DNA of 29,247 nucleotides, from positions 1-29,247 of the IMG/VR virus record IMGVR_UViG_3300050154_000078; one strand, given 5' to 3'. A program made the position numbers and the translations under genes. The DNA is from a virus. Lineage: Duplodnaviria; Caudoviricetes. Shown here one piece after another: positions 1-5,896 of the stretch (position 1 is the stretch's first letter; each line of letters opens with the position of its first letter). The notes beneath the pieces were generated by a model. The model did no database searches. It saw only the letters and a program-made list of their open reading frames with translations, and had not been told where the DNA came from.

Positions 1-35
1 CTAACAGGATTTAGACAAAGCGTGCAAGGTCCGCC

Positions 36-419
36 ATGTATCGACGACTCAGCAAACGACAGGAAGACGCCCGCGCCCGCAAGATGCAAGCGATGCGCGC
101 AGGGCTGGAGCGCGCCCGCATGGCCCGGCCACTTGAGCCGCGCATGCCTGACCTTCCCCTGCTGCGCCGTGAGCTGATCGTGATCGACTATGACGCAGGC
201 CAGCCGGTCACGCACACGATGCACATGTACCGCACCAATCGGATAGATCGGTACCGCATCGAGGCAGACGGCCAGCCGTGGAAGTGTGGCGGCTGGTCCA
301 TGGCGCTGGCCGGGTTGCGCAAGGCAATGCAGCGGCTGCCGTCGCCGCGCTCTGATCTTTGGGGCGGGCCGCAGGGCTACACCGCGCAGGATGAAATCGA
401 CGCCATGAACGCAGGCTGA
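36..419 (+). CDS. Hypothetical phage protein (127 aa)
   Basis: ATG ORF ending 2 nt before the excisionase start; protein-like composition; no family recognised. Confidence 0.7.
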   Translation: MYRRLSKRQEDARARKMQAMRAGLERARMARPLEPRMPDLPLLRRELIVIDYDAGQPVTHTMHMYRTNRIDRYRIEADGQPWKCGGWSMALAGLRKAMQRLPSPRSDLWGGPQGYTAQDEIDAMNAG

Positions 420-421
420 CC

Positions 422-670
422 ATGAAGAAGATCCCGCTTTCCACCTGGGCCGCCCTGAAATACAGCCCGACGCCCAGCGCCTGGGTGCTGCGCCGCTGGT
501 GCCGCGACGGCGAGATCAGCCCGGCGCCTGAGCGTGTCGGCCGCGAGTGGTACGTGCTGGAGACGGCCACGCGCGGCGCAGCAGTCTCTCAACCGCTGCC
601 GACCGATGAGACCGCCATGCCGCGCCGCTTGAGCCTCGTCGAGCGCCTGCGCCAGGAAGAGGCCGCATGA
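422..670 (+). CDS. xis: Excisionase, lambda Xis-like
   Basis: LSTWAALKYSPTPSAWVLRRWCRDGEISPAPERVGREWYV follows the lambda Xis pattern (L..W....TVRRW.R...I.PPP.K.GREY); stop overlaps an integrase-like start (ATGA 667-670). Confidence 0.85.
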   Translation: MKKIPLSTWAALKYSPTPSAWVLRRWCRDGEISPAPERVGREWYVLETATRGAAVSQPLPTDETAMPRRLSLVERLRQEEAA

Positions 671-813
671 ACGCCGCGCGCCGGGGCTTCAAGCGCCGCG
701 ACTGGCCGAAGGGCCTTCGCGCGCCGCGCCCGCGACCTGGAGGCCGACCAGACCCGGCTGCAGGCCGGCATCGACCAGGCCGAACACCAGCTGGGCACGC
801 TGGCCCGGCATGA
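667..813 (+). pseudogene. 5' remnant of a probable lambda-type tyrosine integrase (about 22 meaningful codons, then out-of-frame tail to TGA 811-813)
   Basis: ATG overlaps the xis stop; MNAARRGFKRRDWPKGLRAPRP resembles the basic N-terminal arm-binding segment of lambdoid integrases; no catalytic domain follows. Confidence 0.55.
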
Positions 814-1078
814 CATCGACGGCGCCGATGCTCGCTGGCGCGCGCTGGCTGCCGGCGTGATGGACCTGGATACAGATGCACGCTTGCAGGCGCGGCAGCT
901 GGTGGCCGACACCTTCAGCCGCATCGTGGTCTACGCCAGCGGCTTGCGGCCTGACGACAGCCCGCCCGACATCATCGACGTGGTGCTGGTAGCCAAGGGC
1001 GGCAGGTCGCGCCTGTTGCGGGTGGACACCGCCGGGCGCTGGGTAGCCGGCGACGAATGGGCTACTGCGGCCCCGTGA
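713..1078 (+). pseudogene. 3' remnant of a probable large serine recombinase (coiled coil plus C-terminal region)
   Basis: The frame of ORF 857..1078 is open upstream and reads AFARRARDLEADQTRLQ...LDTDARLQARQLVADTFSRIVVY...IDVVLVAKGGRSRLLRVD, which I recognise as the C-terminus of proteobacterial resolvase/recombinase-domain integrases; no catalytic N-terminus and no convincing start. Confidence 0.6.
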
Positions 1079-1802
1079 CGCCGGCAGCCTGGGCTTTGCC
1101 GCCCGCTGCCGCCTGCACCCGTGCCCGAATCCGCGCGACAGCTTGCGCCTGCAGGTTGCTGACCCTGGCGGGCGATACACCCAGCACCACGGCGACATCT
1201 TGCTGATCCAGATGGCCAGCCATCACATTGCAGACGATGAAGCGTTCGCGGGCAGGTAGCGCATCGATGGCAGAGCGCATCCATTCGTCGTAGCGCGCGG
1301 CATCGATCTGTTCGGCCGCCGAGGCCGTGTCTTGGCAGGCGGCATGCCGGTCAAGAAAATCTGCGCCCTGGTCATGCGCCAGGTCGTGCAGCAGCACTGG
1401 TGCGGCCAGTGCTTGCGCTTCCGCCTGCGCATATTCAGCGGCCGTCATGCCCAGCGCCTCGGCCATCTCAGCCTGCCGGGGCTCTCTGCACAGGCGCCGG
1501 CGCAGCTGGTGCGCCGTGGCCTGGATGCGGTTCATCTGCTGCCGGTCTTCCCGGCTGGCCCAGTCTGCTGCGCGCACTTCGTCCACCATGGCGCCGCGAA
1601 TGCGGTGCGACGCAAAGGTCCGGAACTGCACACCCTGCGCTGCGTCGAAGCGCGCCAGCGCATCCAGCATGCCGATCATGCCGGCCTGCACCAGGTCATC
1701 GGCTTCGACATTCGCCGGCAGCCGCATAGCCATTTGGCGCGCCATGCTGCGCACCAAGGGCGCATGCTGCCTCAGCACTGCATCGATGTCGATACTGGCC
1801 AT
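1062..1802 (-). CDS. FliA/WhiG-family (sigma28-like) RNA polymerase sigma factor, 246 aa
   Basis: Region 2: APLVRSMARQMAMRLPANVEADDLVQAGMIGMLDALARFDAAQGVQFRTFASHRIRGAMVDEVRAADW; region 3: REPRQAEMAEALGM; region 4: AIDALPARER...DVAVVLGVSPARVSNLQAQAVARIR. Start placed at ATG 1802, downstream of the preceding gene's stop. Confidence 0.92.
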   Translation of the reverse strand: MASIDIDAVLRQHAPLVRSMARQMAMRLPANVEADDLVQAGMIGMLDALARFDAAQGVQFRTFASHRIRGAMVDEVRAADWASREDRQQMNRIQATAHQLRRRLCREPRQAEMAEALGMTAAEYAQAEAQALAAPVLLHDLAHDQGADFLDRHAACQDTASAAEQIDAARYDEWMRSAIDALPARERFIVCNVMAGHLDQQDVAVVLGVSPARVSNLQAQAVARIRARVQAAAGGKAQAAGVTGPQ

Positions 1803-1833
1803 CTGCAGCCCGCTTGCCTGGTGGCCTGGTGGC

Positions 1834-2016
1834 CTACGCCAGCACCACAACAGACGCTGCCGCTGCCAGCCGCCTGACGGTGGCCACAGCACGCCGGCAG
1901 CCGGCGCGGGTGCGGTAGGCCTCACCCGCCGCCACGATTTCGCCGTTGGCGGCCACCAGGCGCCAGCGCCAGCCGTCAGCAGCGCGGTAGATGGCGAACT
2001 GAGGCGGCCGCTTCAC
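1834..2016 (-). CDS. YegP/DUF1508-family small protein (60 aa)
   Basis: FAIYRAADGWRWRLVAANGEIVAAGEAYRTRAGCRRAV matches the DUF1508 signature; GTG start overlaps the upstream stop (GTGA 2013-2016). Confidence 0.85.
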   Translation of the reverse strand: MKRPPQFAIYRAADGWRWRLVAANGEIVAAGEAYRTRAGCRRAVATVRRLAAAASVVVLA

Positions 2017-2540
2017 GGCGCGCCCTTGCGGCCCATGATTTCGGTCTTCAGCGTGCTGCCTGCGCTGCTGCCGAAGTAGTAGCTGACGATGGCCGTCCAC
2101 GCTGCGCCCAGGCTGCCCAGCATCACCAGCAGCGCATCACCGCCCAGCGCCGGTTTGCCGGCGGCCAGCAGGTACCCCAGCACGCCGAAGAAGCCCAGCG
2201 TCACCAGCAGGGCCAGCGTGCGCGGTGTCAGCGTGTCGCCCGTCTTGGCTTCGCGGTCGCGGGCGCTGGCCCGGTCTGCGGCTGCCGTCTGCAGGTCGGC
2301 TTTCGCCATGTCAGTGGCCAGTTCCTGCAGCCGTACAGCGCGGTCAGACTCGATCTGCCGCAGCTTCACGGCTGCATCCGGGTTGGTAGCCAGCACTTGC
2401 GCCACTTCGCTGGGGTCACTGCCCGTGCCCAGGGCCGACGCCACCAGCGCGCCAACGGCAGCACCCGCTGGGCCGCCCAGCAGCGTGCCAAGAATGGGCG
2501 CGGCCTTGCCGACCGTGCCGGCGATGTCTTTCCAGTCCAT
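2013..2540 (-). CDS. Holin-like membrane protein (3-TM, GTA-holin-like), 175 aa
   Basis: MDWKDIAGTVGKAAPILGTLLGGPAGAAVG N-terminus, DRASARDRE motif, two C-terminal hydrophobic helices ending YYFGSS; directly downstream of the GH108 endolysin. Confidence 0.75.
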   Translation of the reverse strand: MDWKDIAGTVGKAAPILGTLLGGPAGAAVGALVASALGTGSDPSEVAQVLATNPDAAVKLRQIESDRAVRLQELATDMAKADLQTAAADRASARDREAKTGDTLTPRTLALLVTLGFFGVLGYLLAAGKPALGGDALLVMLGSLGAAWTAIVSYYFGSSAGSTLKTEIMGRKGAP

Positions 2541-2542
2541 GC

Positions 2543-3010
2543 CTACGCCCCTTGCAGATTTGCCGCAATGCGGCGCGCCCAGCCACGCCCGAAGGTGGCC
2601 CACGCAGGCACATCGGTCATGTACGCCAGGCGCGCCCCGTTGAACCGTGCCGCCAGGCGTGGCCCGGTCATGCTGCCCACAGCCTGCAGCGTGCGCGGGC
2701 CGATGACACCGTCCTCCGTTTCGCCGACAGCGCGCTGCAGCAGCTTCACCGCGGTTCGCACGCCGCTGTTCACCGCCGCGTCGAACACATCGAATCGGAT
2801 GGCATCGGGCAGCGTGTCGCAGCCCGCCGGGCCCCAGTAGTCGCGCAGGTAGATGGCCTTCGCGCGGTCCAGGGTCAGGCCCGCAATGTCTTCCGCCGGA
2901 TAGCTGCGCTTCGAGATGCCGAATTTCGTTTCGCCACCGGGGTCAGCTGGGTTGTTGACGTACCCGCCTTCATGCCCCAACAGCTTTTCGAATGCAGCGT
3001 CGAAGTTCAT
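2543..3010 (-). CDS. Endolysin, glycoside hydrolase family 108 with C-terminal peptidoglycan-binding region, 155 aa
   Basis: HEGGYVNNPADPGGETKFGIS, FDAAVNSG, DGVIGPRTL and FGRGWARR motifs; ATG 3010 overlaps the upstream stop. Confidence 0.92.
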   Translation of the reverse strand: MNFDAAFEKLLGHEGGYVNNPADPGGETKFGISKRSYPAEDIAGLTLDRAKAIYLRDYWGPAGCDTLPDAIRFDVFDAAVNSGVRTAVKLLQRAVGETEDGVIGPRTLQAVGSMTGPRLAARFNGARLAYMTDVPAWATFGRGWARRIAANLQGA

Positions 3011-3369
3011 GCGGCACCTCGCGCATCTGCCAGAGACAGCTGGCCCAAGGCTTCCGCTGCTGCGTCGTGGTTGACGCTCAGCGCACCAGGCAACGCCGTG
3101 GCGCCGACCCACTGCACGGCGATGACGGCACCGTCAGGGCCCTGCAGCATCGGCGCGCCAGGCATGGGGACCCAGCTCGACCCGGCAGGGGCCCAGGCAG
3201 GAACAGGGCGGCCGGCTGGCGCCACCACAGCAACGGGCGCGGGGGTAGAGGCAGAGGTAGAGGCAGGCGCAGCCGCAGCCGCAGCTATGGCGGCAGGCGC
3301 TGGCATACCCAGCAGTGTGCGCACGAAGGCGACATCGTTCGGGCTTTCGGTGTTGAAGCTGATTTGCAT
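3007..3369 (-). CDS. Hypothetical Ala/Pro-rich protein (120 aa)
   Basis: AAGGA Shine-Dalgarno before ATG 3369; stop overlaps the endolysin start (ATGA). Confidence 0.7.
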   Translation of the reverse strand: MQISFNTESPNDVAFVRTLLGMPAPAAIAAAAAAPASTSASTPAPVAVVAPAGRPVPAWAPAGSSWVPMPGAPMLQGPDGAVIAVQWVGATALPGALSVNHDAAAEALGQLSLADARGAA

Positions 3370-3436
3370 GGCGGTCCTTGGTTAGGCGACGACTGGGGCT
3401 GCATGCCCACTGCACGCGGCGATGGCGGTTGTCATT

Positions 3437-3916
3437 TCACAGATGCGGCGGCGTGATGCGGTTCTGCAGCCACTGTTCCAGCTGGTTGATGGCCCGGGTG
3501 CCCATGTGCCCTGCAATGCCCACCAGCGCGGCCGTCAGGCTTTGCGGTGCGGCCACGTAGCTGCACAGCCAGAACGTCAGCAGGCCCGCGAATGCGCTGG
3601 TGGCCAGTTCGCCGATCAGCGCGCTCAGGTTGAAGGCGTGCAGGCTGCCGGCGCGCACCTTCGCGGCCCAGCTGACCACGCCGCCCAGCATGGCCACCGC
3701 CAGCAGGAACACGTACTGCAGCAGCTGGTCAATCGTCATCGTGGACGGGTCCAGCGTGCCGCCGCTGGCGCCTGCGCCGGTGCCGGTCGGGTCTTCGCGC
3801 GGCAGCGAGCGCGCAGCCGATGGCGGCGCGGCTGCGTGGGGATCTTCCAGCGCGGCGCACCTGGCGGCATCTTGCTGGCTCAGGGCTTCGCGTTCTTGCA
3901 CGGGTATGTCGTTCAT
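3437..3916 (-). CDS. LydA-like phage holin with hydrophilic N-terminal extension, 159 aa
   Basis: GAAGGA RBS before ATG 3916; LGGVVSW...LIGELATSAFAGLLTFWLC...AALVGIAGHMGTRAI is the LydA-family pattern with three hydrophobic segments. Confidence 0.85.
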   Translation of the reverse strand: MNDIPVQEREALSQQDAARCAALEDPHAAAPPSAARSLPREDPTGTGAGASGGTLDPSTMTIDQLLQYVFLLAVAMLGGVVSWAAKVRAGSLHAFNLSALIGELATSAFAGLLTFWLCSYVAAPQSLTAALVGIAGHMGTRAINQLEQWLQNRITPPHL

Positions 3917-3924
3917 GTGTTCCT

Positions 3925-4251
3925 TCAGATCGCCGGCACGCTGGCAGGCTGGGGCACTGCACTGCCTGACGGCAGCGCGCAAGGGATGGCCTTGGCATCG
4001 CTTTCCGCGATGAGGAAGCCGAAGAAGAAGCCGCCCCACCGCGAAAGCACGGCGGTCTGGCTGCAGTCCACCGTGTCGGGCAGCGCGGCCGACTCGCTGG
4101 GCCCGTAGCGCGTCCAGCCGGTGCAGTCGCGCGCCAGCGCGGCGTCGCCGAACGTGTGCGTGCTCAGCGCGCGGTCGAAGTCGATGCGGCCAGCATCGCG
4201 GGCCGTGCCGTCGGACCAGTCCTCGACGACGACGGCGACTGGCGTGCTCAC
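3925..4251 (-). CDS. Hypothetical protein (108 aa)
   Basis: GTG start overlapping the upstream stop (GTGA 4248-4251); fills the gap exactly to the holin RBS. Confidence 0.6.
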   Translation of the reverse strand: MSTPVAVVVEDWSDGTARDAGRIDFDRALSTHTFGDAALARDCTGWTRYGPSESAALPDTVDCSQTAVLSRWGGFFFGFLIAESDAKAIPCALPSGSAVPQPASVPAI

Positions 4252-4439
4252 GGAGTCGGCCGGCAGATGACGCGGGCGTCCGCGTCGGCCACTTGCGCGC
4301 CGATGCTCGCCGGGCCCCACTTGCTGAGCACATGGGCTTCGGCGCGGTCAGCGGTGCAGACCACGCGGTTTTCCAGCCACTTCGGGCCGGCGCAGCCGGT
4401 CAGGGCGCTGCAAATCAGGCAGCCGATGAGGTAGCGCAT
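4248..4439 (-). CDS. Small lipoprotein (63 aa), possible o-spanin-like lysis accessory
   Basis: GGAAGGA RBS; MRYLIGCLICSALTG-C lipobox; two further Cys in the mature part; follows the lysozyme. Spanin role is inference. Confidence 0.7.
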   Translation of the reverse strand: MRYLIGCLICSALTGCAGPKWLENRVVCTADRAEAHVLSKWGPASIGAQVADADARVICRPTP

Positions 4440-4458
4440 GGATAGTCCTTCCCGGGCC

Positions 4459-4884
4459 TCAGGCCCATTGCCATTGCCCTGTTTCCATCTGCCGCGCCAT
4501 GCGCGCGGCGCGCGCTGGCGTCTGCTTCGCCCAGGTGCTGGACAGCATCGAGGAGGCCGCCTGCGGCCAGCGCTGGTCACGCACGTAAGCCAAGGTCTGT
4601 CGGAAGCCCAGCAGGCCATTGGTGCCCATCTGGAAGGCCATGCCGATCAGCACGGCCTGGCGCACCTCGTCGAGCTTGTCGAACCACGGCAGCGCGGCGC
4701 GCACCTGCTGGGTCTTCTCGCGGATGTCGTTGGCCAGCAGGTAGTCGATCTCGTCGTCGCTCAGCCCGCCGCCCTTGCGCCTGTCGATGAGCCTGCCGAC
4801 GCCGATCGTCCAGTAGCCCAAGGAATCCGGGTAGGCGTGAGGGACGCGGCCTTCCTCGTCCTCGAGCATGCGGCGCAGGCTCAT
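4459..4884 (-). CDS. Endolysin, T4-lysozyme-like (GH24), 141 aa
   Basis: EEGRVPHAYPDSLGYWTIGVG gives the T4 lysozyme E-x8-D-x5-T triad; MAFQMG and WAKQTPARAARMA motifs. Confidence 0.92.
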   Translation of the reverse strand: MSLRRMLEDEEGRVPHAYPDSLGYWTIGVGRLIDRRKGGGLSDDEIDYLLANDIREKTQQVRAALPWFDKLDEVRQAVLIGMAFQMGTNGLLGFRQTLAYVRDQRWPQAASSMLSSTWAKQTPARAARMARQMETGQWQWA

Positions 4885-5201
4885 TTTTTCAGCGCCCTGG
4901 CCTCGATGCCGAGAAGCCGGCGCTCATGGTCGGCCAGCTGGAAATCGTGCTGCTGGTCCTTCAGGTCGCGCGGGGTCTGCGCGTCACGCAGGCCGCGCAC
5001 CTCGCTGCCAAGCTGGCGCTGTGAATCTGTCAGTGCCGCAATCAACTCGCCCTGCCGCTGGGCAGAGAAGGAGAGGACTGCAGCCTGACAGGCCAGGAAC
5101 ACCGCGCCAGAAAGAAGCCACGTCAGCGGCACTTCGTAGCGGATGCGCAGGTGGTTGTCCTCGCTGGGAAGGACGACTTTGTCGGGTTTGCTGTTCGGCA
5201 T
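4881..5201 (-). CDS. Single-pass membrane protein with coiled coil (holin- or i-spanin-like), 106 aa
   Basis: Hydrophobic PLTWLLSGAVFLACQAAVLSF followed by heptad-like LTDSQRQL...DHERRLLGIE; first gene of the lysis block; start 7 nt after the TAGCAT motif (alternative ATG at 5210). Confidence 0.7.
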   Translation of the reverse strand: MPNSKPDKVVLPSEDNHLRIRYEVPLTWLLSGAVFLACQAAVLSFSAQRQGELIAALTDSQRQLGSEVRGLRDAQTPRDLKDQQHDFQLADHERRLLGIEARALKK

Positions 5202-5208
5202 ACGCGGC

Positions 5209-5224
5209 ATGCTAGGAAGCCGCC
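5209..5224 (-). promoter_or_regulatory. Candidate late promoter motif, copy 1 (GGCGGCTTCCTAGCAT), head of lysis module
   Basis: Intergenic; identical to 11969-11984; 7 nt before ATG 5201. Confidence 0.65.
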
Positions 5225-5239
5225 GCATTGATCTAACGC

Positions 5240-5887
5240 TCAATTCACGCTGCGCGCGACCTCGTACCACGACACACCATCGCACGCCAGCGTGAGCGTG
5301 TCATCTGCCGTTGTCGTGTAGCTGCTGGCCAGTTTCAGGTTCGAGCCATCGGTCACGGTCAGAATGCCGGCGAATATCAGCGTCACCACGTGCCCACTGT
5401 GGCCGGTGGCCACGATGCTGGTGATGCCCGTGGTGCCGGTGACGGTGACCACGCGCACGCCCTGCGGCAGCGTCAGCGCGGCGGCGCTGGCCACCGACTG
5501 TGCGGCGTTCGATGTGGCCGGCACAAAGGCACCCAGCGGCCCGGCGCGATGGTCTTCGGCTGCGGTCACAACGCTGCCTGCCGTGGTCAGCCTGTAGAGC
5601 CGCGCATAGCCGCTGCCGTCGTTCCAGTTCGTCGCGGCGGTGCTGACGCTGACAGCGCCGGTGCCGCGCGCCACGACCAGGTAATTCGTCGCGGCGTTCG
5701 TCAGCGTGACGGTGCCGTCGGCGACGGTGATCCCGCCCCAAAGCCCGCCGTAGTAGCCCCAGGTTAGGCCGGACGTGACGGACTGCCGCTTGCCGTAAAC
5801 CGACATGTGCGACATCGTCTCGAAGTTCTCATTCACCTGCACCTCGGCGGTGGCGCTGGGCGGCGTGGAGATTTGTTGCAGGGGCAT
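5240..5887 (-). CDS. Minor tail/fibre-associated protein (215 aa)
   Basis: Follows the tail-tip gene; EVQVNENF...TSGLTWGYYGG N-terminus as in small siphophage tail proteins; Thr/Val-rich beta C-terminus; GAGG RBS. Confidence 0.75.
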   Translation of the reverse strand: MPLQQISTPPSATAEVQVNENFETMSHMSVYGKRQSVTSGLTWGYYGGLWGGITVADGTVTLTNAATNYLVVARGTGAVSVSTAATNWNDGSGYARLYRLTTAGSVVTAAEDHRAGPLGAFVPATSNAAQSVASAAALTLPQGVRVVTVTGTTGITSIVATGHSGHVVTLIFAGILTVTDGSNLKLASSYTTTADDTLTLACDGVSWYEVARSVN

Positions 5888-5896
5888 GTGCGGGCC

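Noticed and set aside
1-20. CTAAC...TTAGAC at the window edge, resembling half of an integron attC site
   Set aside because: Truncated by the window; no matching GTTRRRY core at a suitable distance and no integron integrase.
3381-3387. GTTAGGC matching the attC core consensus
   Set aside because: Isolated 7-mer with no inverse core or palindromic body; lies next to an RBS.
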